From Alphaproteobacteria bacterium (GTDB lineage: Bacteria; Pseudomonadota; Alphaproteobacteria; Rs-D84), in NCBI GenBank assembly GCA_017505705.1, contig JAFVOS010000005.1, positions 29,493-93,492 of the forward strand: a stretch of DNA of 64,000 nucleotides, read 5' to 3'. Position numbers and translations under genes: made by a program. This document shows, piece after piece, positions 1 through 8,365 of the stretch; the stretch's first letter is position 1, and every line of letters starts with the position of its first letter. The notes beneath the pieces are model-generated. The model did no database searches and was not told the DNA's origin. It was given only the letters and a program-made list of their open reading frames with translations.

Positions 1-2193
1 TGCAACCTCACGTTCAATACCGGTACCGACCAATGGTGCCTGGACACGCAATAATGGAACCGCTTGGCGTTGCATGTTTGATCCCATCAGTGCACGGTTC
101 GCGTCGTCGTTTTCAACGAATGGTATCAAACCTGTGGCAATAGATACCACCTGGCGTGGTTCAACGTCGATTAAGTCGATTTCTTCTTTTGGAACCATTG
201 TAAATTCGCCGTCAACACGTGCTGTGACCGTATCTTCGGTTAATTTACCGTCACGTGCAGTTGGGGTATTACCCTGGGCAATTTTGTGACCCAATTCTTC
301 ATCTGCTGTCAGATATACCATTTTGTCGGTCACTTTGCCGTTTTCTACAACGTAATATGGTGTTTCAATAAACCCATATGGATTTACACGTGCATATGAT
401 GACAAATGGTTAATCAAACCAATATTTGCACCTTCGGGGGTGTGAATTGGACATAAACGACCATAGTGTGTTGGATGAACGTCACGAACATCAATGCCAG
501 CACGATCACGGTTTAAGCCCCCTGGCCCCAAGGCCGATATACGACGTTTGTGTTCCAATTCTGATAATGGATTATATGCGTCCATAAACTGGGACAATTG
601 TGATGTTCCCAAGAATTCAGATACCAATGACATCAATGGTTTTACATTGATAACATCTTGTGGTTGCATATTGGCAATGTTTGGACTGGACAACGCTTCA
701 CGAACCAGACGTTCGATACGTATCATACCTGTACGGAAATTCTGTTCCAGCAATTCGCCAACTGTGCGAACACGACGATTTGACAGATTATCAATATCAT
801 CAACAGTATCTTTGCGGTCGATAATATTTGTTAATGTCTTTAATACCGCCAAGAAGTCAGCCTTGGTCAACAGACGTTCATCTTCTGGTTTTTTGCCAGA
901 ATCAATTTTCAAACGCTTGTTCATCTTGAAACGACCAACCGCAGACAAATCATAGTATGCAGGTTCAAAACCTTGGCGCATGAACAGATTAATTGCCGCT
1001 TCCAGTGTTGGACGTTCGCCTGGACGGATAATGTTATAGATTTCAATCAATGCTTCTTCACGATTTGTTGTCTTGTCAGCCAACAGGGTATTACGCATAT
1101 GAGAAGTGATTGTTGTGTTATCAATAGAAATCAAACTGATTTCTTTGACATTCATTTTATCCAAATCATTCAAGACTTCTTCGGTGATTTCTGTGCCAGC
1201 TGGCATTACAACTTCGTCACCATTCATGATTGGATCAAACAGATATTCGCCAATCAAAGATTCTGGCAGCAAACCAAATGTTTTGGATGCATCCATAATC
1301 TTTTTCATACGTTTTGCGTTCAAACGATCACCCTTGGACGCCAACGCTTTTTTATCTTTTGGATTAATCAAATCATAATTCAGGCGATATTTATCCAATC
1401 CCTGGAATGATGCAGTGTCACCAACCCATAATTTGCCATCGAATTTTAATCCAATGCGATTATAGAATGTAGACAAGATTTCTGTGTCACTCATACCACG
1501 AATTGATGTCTTGCGTGGTTCTGCCAACCATTTCTTTTCATCTTCGGCCGCAGGCAAGCAACGCAACAGAACAGTCGCAGGAACTTTGCGGCGACGATCA
1601 ATACGTACATAGATTACGCCTTTGGCTTCTTCGAAATCAATCCATGAACCATGTTCTGGAATAATACGTGCAGTATAAGTAATCGGATTTCCAGCAACTT
1701 TGGCTTCTTTGGTTGTTGCAAACACAACACCCTGGGCACGATGCATCTGGGATACAATAACACGTTCAACACCCGATGCGATAAAGCTGCCACGTTCTGT
1801 CATAAGTGGCACTTCGCCCATAAATATTTCTTGTTCCTTGATGTCACGCAGTGTTTTTTTACCATCTTCTGCGACATCCCATAAAATCAATCTCAGCTTC
1901 AATTTCAGCTTGCTGGAATATGTCATATTGCGCAGCATGCATTCTTTTACATTGTATACAGGCTTGTCTAATGTATATTCTACAAATTCCAGGTCGGCAA
2001 TGCCGGCATAGTCTTTGATTGGGAACATAGACGAAAATACGTTCTGCAAACCGATATTCTTACGGTTCTGTGGCGCAACGTCAGCCTGCAAAAAATCTTT
2101 GTAGGAATCGTATTGAATTTCAACTAAATCAGGAAGCGGAGTTTGCAAAAAACTTTTACCAAAAGATTTTCTAAATTTCTGGATAACTGCCAT
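1..2193 (-). CDS. rpoB: DNA-directed RNA polymerase beta subunit, N-terminal approx 730 aa (partial, continues beyond window start)
   Basis: Manual translation of the minus strand from ATG at 2193-2191 gives MAVIQKFRKSFGKSFLQTPLPDLVEIQYDSYKDFLQ..., a typical RpoB N-terminus. The frame stays open to the window edge. Position directly downstream of rplL is the conserved order. The ORF track omitted it because the frame runs off the window. Confidence 0.9.
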   Translation of the reverse strand, partial: MAVIQKFRKSFGKSFLQTPLPDLVEIQYDSYKDFLQADVAPQNRKNIGLQNVFSSMFPIKDYAGIADLEFVEYTLDKPVYNVKECMLRNMTYSSKLKLKLRLILWDVAEDGKKTLRDIKEQEIFMGEVPLMTERGSFIASGVERVIVSQMHRAQGVVFATTKEAKVAGNPITYTARIIPEHGSWIDFEEAKGVIYVRIDRRRKVPATVLLRCLPAAEDEKKWLAEPRKTSIRGMSDTEILSTFYNRIGLKFDGKLWVGDTASFQGLDKYRLNYDLINPKDKKALASKGDRLNAKRMKKIMDASKTFGLLPESLIGEYLFDPIMNGDEVVMPAGTEITEEVLNDLDKMNVKEISLISIDNTTITSHMRNTLLADKTTNREEALIEIYNIIRPGERPTLEAAINLFMRQGFEPAYYDLSAVGRFKMNKRLKIDSGKKPEDERLLTKADFLAVLKTLTNIIDRKDTVDDIDNLSNRRVRTVGELLEQNFRTGMIRIERLVREALSSPNIANMQPQDVINVKPLMSLVSEFLGTSQLSQFMDAYNPLSELEHKRRISALGPGGLNRDRAGIDVRDVHPTHYGRLCPIHTPEGANIGLINHLSSYARVNPYGFIETPYYVVENGKVTDKMVYLTADEELGHKIAQGNTPTARDGKLTEDTVTARVDGEFTMVPKEEIDLIDVEPRQVVSIATGLIPFVENDDANRALMGSNMQRQAVPLLRVQAPLVGTGIEREVA

Positions 2194-2545
2194 GGGTCTT
2201 AATCCTTTTTTTCTGTGCGTTTTGTGCAAACGTTAGCAGGGCAAAAAGAAAATTCTTAAACAAATTGTGAATAAAATTTATCAAAGATATCAGATAATTA
2301 AATAATTAACTGCAAATTTTTATTTGAATGTATGACATACATCCTGCATAAAAATTTTTGTTTCTTCTTTAATTATCTTGCCACAATTTATTTAACAATC
2401 TCCTTTTTGCCCTGCTTTTGTCTTGTTCTTTTGACTTTCGTCTTTTACGCCTTTGTGCCCGCATGAGATTTTCATCCCACACGGGCGGCGTTTTTGTCAT
2501 ATTTGCATATGACTGATTTTTTTGAACCAATCGGTTCGGGTTGAA

Positions 2546-2911
2546 TTATTTCAATTCAACTTTGGCACCGGCGGCTTCGATTGTAGCTTTCATTTTTTCA
2601 GCTTCATCTTTTGCAACGCCTTCTTTTACTGCCTTTGGTGCAGATTCAACCAAAGCTTTTGCTTCGCTCAAACCCAAACCTGTGATGTCTTTAACTGCTT
2701 TGATAACAGCCAATTTGTTTGCGCCAACTTCTGCCAACACAACATCAAATTCGCTCTTTTCTTCTGCAGCAGCAGCAACTGGACCAGCAGCAACTGCAAC
2801 AGCAGCAGCAGCGCTTACGCCCCATGTTTCTTCCAACGCTTTGGACAATTCAACTGCTTCCAAAACGGTCAATTTTGACAATTCTTCAACTAATTTCTGA
2901 ATGTCTGCCAT
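2546..2911 (-). CDS. rplL: 50S ribosomal protein L7/L12
   Basis: 121 aa. Ala-rich flexible hinge followed by a C-terminal domain ...[22 protein letters not shown]...VELK, characteristic of L7/L12. Located between rplJ and rpoB. Confidence 0.95.
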   Translation of the reverse strand: MADIQKLVEELSKLTVLEAVELSKALEETWGVSAAAAVAVAAGPVAAAAEEKSEFDVVLAEVGANKLAVIKAVKDITGLGLSEAKALVESAPKAVKEGVAKDEAEKMKATIEAAGAKVELK

Positions 2912-2959
2912 TTTTTTACTCCTAATTTTTGTTTTAGGTCAGAATAAAATATTCTGATT

Positions 2960-3454
2960 TTATTGTTCTTTTTTTCCATACTCTGCGGAAACACGTGCCA
3001 AGCGAGAGCCTGGTTCGACCAAAATACGTGCGATTGTGCCACGAATTTCCAACAGGGAAGGAAGCTTGGATAATTGCAATACGCCGTCACGATCCAGAAC
3101 GTCTGCGTCCATTTTTCCACCCAGGATTGTCAAATTTGGATGTTCTTCTGCAAATTTTGCCAATACTTTGGTGACCGCCAAACCATCAGTTGCAACCGCA
3201 ACCGCTGTTGGGCGTTTCAACATATCAGACACAGGTTCGAAATCGGTGTCTTTTAACGCCAATTTCATCAAACGGTTTTTGACAACCTTGAATACGGAAA
3301 CCAATGGGCGCAATTCATTACGCAGGCCTTCGAATTCTTTTACTGTCAAACCATGGTTTTCAATTACGAAAACGCCGTTTGCATCTTTCAGGGACGACTG
3401 CAACGCTGAAATCAGATCTGATTTTTCTTCGCGTTTCATCTTTATTTCCTTCAA
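2960..3454 (-). CDS. rplJ: 50S ribosomal protein L10
   Basis: 164 aa with L10-like sequence. Conserved position upstream of rplL. The true start may be the internal Met 5 codons downstream (MKREEK...). Confidence 0.9.
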   Translation of the reverse strand: MKEIKMKREEKSDLISALQSSLKDANGVFVIENHGLTVKEFEGLRNELRPLVSVFKVVKNRLMKLALKDTDFEPVSDMLKRPTAVAVATDGLAVTKVLAKFAEEHPNLTILGGKMDADVLDRDGVLQLSKLPSLLEIRGTIARILVEPGSRLARVSAEYGKKEQ

Positions 3455-3627
3455 GCTTCTGTTTTGTTAACTTTCCATCTGGGGTTCGCCCAGGTGGGGC
3501 TTTGGTTCCTGCCCCAAAGAATTTTTTCTTTGTCTATGATGGCAATTAAGCAACATTTTCGTCACACCATCAGTCTTGGACAGAAATCTATTTTTGCGAC
3601 AATGGAATTTTCCATTGTCGCAATTAA

Positions 3628-4302
3628 TTATTTTGCTTCTACCTTCAGGCCTGGTCCCTGGGTTGTCGCAACGGATATACCCAAGATATACTGACCCTTA
3701 GATGATGCAGGCTTAATCTTTTTCAACTGATCAATCAGTGCATTTGCATTTTCAACCAATGCATCAGTTGTAAATGACATTTTACCAATACCTGCGTGAA
3801 TAATACCTTTCTTTTCAGCACGATATTCAATCTGACCTGCTTTTGCAGTTTTTACTGCATCTGCAACATTGTTTGTAACCGTACCCAATTTTGGATTCGG
3901 CATCAAACCCTTAGGCCCCAAGACACGTGCAATCTTTGACATTTTTGGCATCATGTCTGGTGTTGCAATAACACGATCAAAATTGATATTGCCAGCCGCA
4001 ACAGAATCAATCAAATCCTGGCCGCCAATAACGTCGGCACCAGCTTTTTTTGCTTCATCTGCTGAATTTTCTGTAAATACTGCAACACGTACAGTTTTAC
4101 CAGTACCATTTGGCAAGGACAACATACCACGAATGTTCTGGTCTGCCTTGGTCACATCAATACCCAAACGGATAGCAATTTCCAATGTTTCATCAAATTT
4201 CTTGGATGCATATTGACGCAATGCTTCAACGGCTTCAGATAAAGTATAAACTTTGTCTGTGTCCAAATTTTTCCAAGTTTGCTGTTTCTTTGTCAGTTTC
4301 AT
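3628..4302 (-). CDS. rplA: 50S ribosomal protein L1
   Basis: 224 aa with L1 family sequence (…GTGKTVRVAVF…ADVIGG…). Lies in the rplK-rplA order. Confidence 0.95.
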   Translation of the reverse strand: MKLTKKQQTWKNLDTDKVYTLSEAVEALRQYASKKFDETLEIAIRLGIDVTKADQNIRGMLSLPNGTGKTVRVAVFTENSADEAKKAGADVIGGQDLIDSVAAGNINFDRVIATPDMMPKMSKIARVLGPKGLMPNPKLGTVTNNVADAVKTAKAGQIEYRAEKKGIIHAGIGKMSFTTDALVENANALIDQLKKIKPASSKGQYILGISVATTQGPGLKVEAK

Positions 4303-4306
4303 GATA

Positions 4307-4738
4307 TTATTCCTCCACCTTTACGCCCATAGAACGGCACTGACCCGCAACGATATTCATAGCAGATTCAATGGTAGAGCAATTCAAGTCTGGCATTTTC
4401 GCTTCGGCAATTTCTTTTACCTGGGCTTGGGTCAATGTACCAACAAAGTCACGACCAGGTTTATGAGAACCGATTTTCAGTTTCAATGCCTTTTTAATAT
4501 AATACGATACAGGTGGCAATTTCATAATGAATTCGAAACTGCGATCTGTGTAAACAGTGATAATACATGGAATTGGCATTCCTGGTTCTTTATCAGATGT
4601 TTTATCGTTAAACTGTTTGCAGAATTCTGCGATGTTAACACCAGCAGCACCCAACGCCGGACCGATTGGAGGCGCAGGATTTGCCTGTTTTGCAGGGACG
4701 ACCAATTTGACCAATCCCTTAACTTCTTTCTTTGCCAT
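4307..4738 (-). CDS. rplK: 50S ribosomal protein L11
   Basis: 143 aa starting [30 protein letters not shown]..., the canonical L11 N-terminus. Confidence 0.95.
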   Translation of the reverse strand: MAKKEVKGLVKLVVPAKQANPAPPIGPALGAAGVNIAEFCKQFNDKTSDKEPGMPIPCIITVYTDRSFEFIMKLPPVSYYIKKALKLKIGSHKPGRDFVGTLTQAQVKEIAEAKMPDLNCSTIESAMNIVAGQCRSMGVKVEE

Positions 4739-4857
4739 TTTTCACTCCGTTTTTTTTCGTTTGTGTCGTGGTACGATATGGCGTATCTACCACGTGTCCT
4801 GTGATTTTACTGAATATTTTTCAGAAAACCACAAAAAACTTTTTGACATTACGTCAA

Positions 4858-5391
4858 TTAAACTTTTTCAACCTGCTCAAATTCCAATTCCATGCTGGTT
4901 TCACGACCAAACACCAGAACCGTCACAGTCATTTTTTGTTTTACATTGTCTACTTCGGATGCAATACCGTTAAAGCCAGCAAATGGACCATCGATTACAT
5001 GCACTTCTTGACCAACAGAATATTCAATATCATCCATTGCAACCGCACCTTCTTCGACCTGTTTCATCAGGCGACGTGCTTCTTCTTCGCTGACCGCAAT
5101 TGGTTTATTTTTGGCGCCCAAAAACATAACAACCTGGGGTATTTGGCGAACCAATGTAAACGTTTCATTGTTCATAACCATCTGAACAACGATATAGCCA
5201 GGAAAAAACTTTTTTTCTGTTTTAACACGTTTGCCGCCTTTGATTTCGGTCACTTCACGTGTTGGAACCAAAATTTCACCAAAGTAAGCATTCAAACGAC
5301 GCTTATCAATCTGTTCACGTAGACCACGTGCCACTTTATCTTCGCAGCTAGTATGAACGTTAACAACAAACCATTGCATTTTTTCTTCCAT
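4858..5391 (-). CDS. nusG: transcription termination/antitermination factor NusG
   Basis: 177 aa with an N-terminal NGN domain and a C-terminal KOW motif region (…GFNGIASEVD…). Conserved secE-nusG-rplK context. Confidence 0.9.
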   Translation of the reverse strand: MEEKMQWFVVNVHTSCEDKVARGLREQIDKRRLNAYFGEILVPTREVTEIKGGKRVKTEKKFFPGYIVVQMVMNNETFTLVRQIPQVVMFLGAKNKPIAVSEEEARRLMKQVEEGAVAMDDIEYSVGQEVHVIDGPFAGFNGIASEVDNVKQKMTVTVLVFGRETSMELEFEQVEKV

Positions 5392-5414
5392 TTACGCTTC
5401 CTTTGCCAAATATG

Positions 5415-5603
5415 TTAAAAAATCCAATTAACAATCGCCCCCAGCACACTGTCCACCGCAAAGAAAAACAGCGCCGCAATGGCAGAAAACACCAGAATCA
5501 TGACAGTTGCATGCACAACAGTATCACGTGACGGCCAAACAATTTTAAACCATTCACGACGTACAGATTTAATATATTCCAGTATCTTCTTCATAAAACA
5601 CAT
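5415..5603 (-). CDS. secE: preprotein translocase subunit SecE
   Basis: 62 aa small protein with a single C-terminal transmembrane helix. Lies immediately upstream of nusG and downstream of tRNA-Trp, the canonical arrangement. Confidence 0.8.
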   Translation of the reverse strand: MCFMKKILEYIKSVRREWFKIVWPSRDTVVHATVMILVFSAIAALFFFAVDSVLGAIVNWIF

Positions 5604-5632
5604 CCACTTTTTATAAAAATCTTAACTATCAG

Positions 5633-5651
5633 TGGCAGGGGCAGAAGGAAT
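5633..5651 (-). repeat. 19-nt direct duplicate of the tRNA-Trp 3' end (TGGCAGGGGCAGAAGGAAT), att-like remnant
   Basis: Exact 19-mer shared between 5633-5651 and 5809-5827. The copy lies about 155 nt downstream of the tRNA 3' end and is followed by a GAATGttcgCATTC hairpin. Confidence 0.6.
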
Positions 5652-5808
5652 GTTCGCATTCGCTCACCACTCGTACCGATTTCGCATCGTTACACTTGCA
5701 AAATCCTACTCGTATGCGAACCCAACACCATTATTTCCCTCGGGTTCGATTTTCTGCCCACCTTTTTTTGCCAAATTCCAAGACACAAACGTGTTGCGTT
5801 TTGGAATT

Positions 5809-5882
5809 TGGCAGGGGCAGAAGGAATCGAACCCTCATCCGCGGTTTTGGAGACCGATATTCTACCGTTGAACTATGCCCCT
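5809..5882 (-). tRNA. trnW: tRNA-Trp (anticodon CCA)
   Basis: The reverse complement AGGGGCATAGTTCAACGGTAGAATATCGGTCTCCAAAACCGCGGATGAGGGTTCGATTCCTTCTGCCCCTGCCA folds as a cloverleaf. Its anticodon loop CTCCAAA matches E. coli tRNA-Trp. CCA is encoded. Canonical position upstream of secE. Confidence 0.85.
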
Positions 5883-6116
5883 GTGGATATCAACAACCCT
5901 GTCTTTGCACCGCGTGCGCACCCATAGTCTGCGACAGGTTAGCACACAAATACAAAAAATCAAGCGGAAATATTATATTACTTTTAATTTTTTGGCGCAA
6001 GGAGATTTTTAAGCATAAAAACATTTTTCTTTTTTACTTTTTTGATTTTGCAAATTTTTTCTTGCACATGCGTGTGTTTTTTGTCTACAATCCATGTAAT
6101 CAAGGGGGAGATTTTA

Positions 6117-6794
6117 GTGCAAAACCGCATAGAACCGCCAATTTTACTGTCCAGATTGATGACGCTGGTGCTGGCGACGGCCATGGTTGTGCTGGGCGTA
6201 ATGGTTTTAACGCTGTACAAAATGTTCCCACTGAACAGACCACAGATATTCTTTTTGATGACACGCCCCAGCCATACATTGCAGGTGACACTGCACGAAA
6301 TGCCACCAGCAGATAAAAATCTGGATTTATATAAGCGCAGCTTTATACGTGAATACATCAAGGCACGCAATGAAATTTCTGCAAACATTAATGTTATGCG
6401 AAAAAAATGGACAAACACCCCAGGTGCAGCCGTTCGTGCATGGTCAAGCGATGAAGTCTTTAATGATTTTGCACAAACACGCATGTGGACAGCATTAATG
6501 AATGAAGTTCCTGGGTTTGAACTGAAATGCCCTGTCGAATTTGAAACAGGCGCAATTACACCACGTGGCAAAGATATGTATGCTGTAAAATTCCGCCAGT
6601 TTTGTGAAAATAGTGATGGACAGGTGGCAGCAAAAGATTATACAATTGTGTTGAGACTAGAAATAGATGAATCCGCAAAAGTTCAATGGACAGATCGTCT
6701 GAACAACCCATTGGGGATTCGTGTGTCACAGTATACAATAGAGTCTGTAGACGGCGACACAGAAGATAAAACAGATCCACTGAACCGGTTCTGA
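6117..6794 (+). CDS. VirB8/TrbF/DotI-like type IV secretion protein
   Basis: GTG start at 6117 preceded by the strong RBS AAGGGGGAG. Short N-terminus, a single TM helix (LMTLVLATAMVVLGVMVLTLY) and a periplasmic domain ending in the NPLG (NPxG) motif typical of VirB8 homologs. First gene of a VirB8-9-10-like operon. Confidence 0.65.
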   Translation: MQNRIEPPILLSRLMTLVLATAMVVLGVMVLTLYKMFPLNRPQIFFLMTRPSHTLQVTLHEMPPADKNLDLYKRSFIREYIKARNEISANINVMRKKWTNTPGAAVRAWSSDEVFNDFAQTRMWTALMNEVPGFELKCPVEFETGAITPRGKDMYAVKFRQFCENSDGQVAAKDYTIVLRLEIDESAKVQWTDRLNNPLGIRVSQYTIESVDGDTEDKTDPLNRF

Positions 6795-6826
6795 TAAGCA
6801 TGTAAAAAAAACGGAAGGAAGTTGGT

Positions 6827-8350
6827 ATGACGTTGGTAAAGAATTGGAAATTTAACGTTTCTGTATTGTGTATGGCGATTGTTTTGGGCCTTCCATTTGT
6901 TGATGGCGCCATGGCTTATACGAACCCATGGGACAACCCAAGTGCAAATATGGCCAGTGGCAGTACGAAGCCTGGATACGCACAACTGTCTTGGTCCAAG
7001 GGCAGTGTCTTGCCATTGAAATTGCGCAACGGCATGGTGACAATGGTTTCAGTGCCAAACGGCGAACAAATTGCAGATGTTGTTATTGGTGACGACACAT
7101 TGTTTGAGGTAGGAACAAAAGTCGGCGACCAAACTATGTTCATTTCGCCAACACCATCTAATATGGGTGCAGATACGAACATGATTGTCACAGGTAAATC
7201 AGGAAACAAATATGTTTTCTATCTGCGGGCAGAACCATCAAATTCATCAGAGGTCACATATTCACAGGTAGATGTCATTTTAGATAATAATGCAACACTG
7301 CCAAACGCAAGCGCAAGCTCTGCTACAGGCAGCGGTATGAAATCTATATTCAACAAACCAGCAACAACATCAAGTGTTGTTGGCACAGATGGCGAAGATT
7401 ATGGATGGATAAAATCTATGAAGATTGACCCATCAGAGTTTAGATTTGATTTGGATATATTTGTTCCAAACCCAGACGATTATGTTATCGCACCAGAACG
7501 TGTATGGCGTGATCGTATATTTACCTATATTGACTTTGGTGACAAGGTTATTTCCATGACGCAGCGTCCGGTTGTGTCACTGTTGGTTGAAGGTGGCGAA
7601 TCCCCGGTTGGTTTCCGTACAGATGGCGAAGATGGGCGTTTGTTAATCGTAGAAGCAGTGGGCGACATGGTTTTACGCAGTGGGCAACGTATTGTCTGTA
7701 TCAAAAAACGTGAAAAGCCATTCTTGATTGCCGATACAGCATCTGTGATGGCATTGGCAGAGGCAAATGTTGCACAAAGCATGATGAGCAACCAGTCGCT
7801 GAACAACATCGCATACAATATGGACATGGCGGCAATGAATATGAATGCAAACAACTATACCACAACACCAACATTTGTTGGCAATGGGTCAGTTGCCGCA
7901 GCCACAGGTGCAGGGATGTATATGCCAGCGGGTTATTCGGCAGGTACAACAACAGGTGCATCAACCGCAATGACAATGGTACCAACACAGCGTGACACCG
8001 CAGGGGCATATCTACCACAATCAAATATCCCATTAATCAGCAGCAACCAAAGTGGTGTTGCAGTTGAACTGAAAGCGGATCCATCGGTCAAGGCATTGAA
8101 TGATTATTGGACAGGGATGCTAGCAAAATTTAGTGGCAGTGACGGCGCAGGTTTGTTGGCACCGTATAAGGACATGGTATTCTTTGCTGTTGATGAACAG
8201 GGGGTCGGTGAATTGGGTTCAGAATCAACATCAGCACGCCTGTATCGTTTGCGCATTGGGCCGTTGGCTGATATTGATACAGCACAAAAGTTATGTGACC
8301 AATTATTGAAGTTTAGCGGTGCAAGTTGCAGCGTTGTAAGAATCCAGTAA
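6827..8350 (+). CDS. VirB9/TrbG/CagX-like T4SS outer-membrane core protein with a C-terminal SPOR-like extension
   Basis: Signal peptide. N-terminal VirB9-like region (LRNGMVTMVSVPNGEQIADVVIGDD…). A central beta-rich region (…RPVVSLLVEGGESPVGFRTDGEDGRLLIVEAVGDMVLRSGQRIVCI). The C-terminus (…LYRLRIGPLADIDTAQKLCDQL…SCSVVRIQ) resembles a SPOR domain. RBS GGAAGG precedes the ATG. Confidence 0.6.
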   Translation: MTLVKNWKFNVSVLCMAIVLGLPFVDGAMAYTNPWDNPSANMASGSTKPGYAQLSWSKGSVLPLKLRNGMVTMVSVPNGEQIADVVIGDDTLFEVGTKVGDQTMFISPTPSNMGADTNMIVTGKSGNKYVFYLRAEPSNSSEVTYSQVDVILDNNATLPNASASSATGSGMKSIFNKPATTSSVVGTDGEDYGWIKSMKIDPSEFRFDLDIFVPNPDDYVIAPERVWRDRIFTYIDFGDKVISMTQRPVVSLLVEGGESPVGFRTDGEDGRLLIVEAVGDMVLRSGQRIVCIKKREKPFLIADTASVMALAEANVAQSMMSNQSLNNIAYNMDMAAMNMNANNYTTTPTFVGNGSVAAATGAGMYMPAGYSAGTTTGASTAMTMVPTQRDTAGAYLPQSNIPLISSNQSGVAVELKADPSVKALNDYWTGMLAKFSGSDGAGLLAPYKDMVFFAVDEQGVGELGSESTSARLYRLRIGPLADIDTAQKLCDQLLKFSGASCSVVRIQ

Positions 8351-8365
8351 TGTTGTGCAAAATGG

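Noticed and set aside
2522-2925. Plus-strand ORFs (118, 119, 68 aa) overlapping rplL
   Set aside because: They lie antisense to a highly conserved ribosomal protein gene. Low-complexity translations (poly-Q and Ala/Ser runs) derive from the complementary strand of the Ala-rich L12 hinge.
6042-6116. ATG 6042 start for the VirB8-like gene
   Set aside because: GTG 6117 is preceded at ideal spacing by AAGGGGGAG. The upstream extension is a Cys-rich, low-complexity peptide.
5632-6571. ORFs 5632-5871 (+), 5696-6316 (+), 5984-6571 (-) and 6100-6306 (-)
   Set aside because: They overlap the tRNA-Trp gene and its spacer, or lie antisense to or overlapping the VirB8-like gene. They have no RBS and odd composition.
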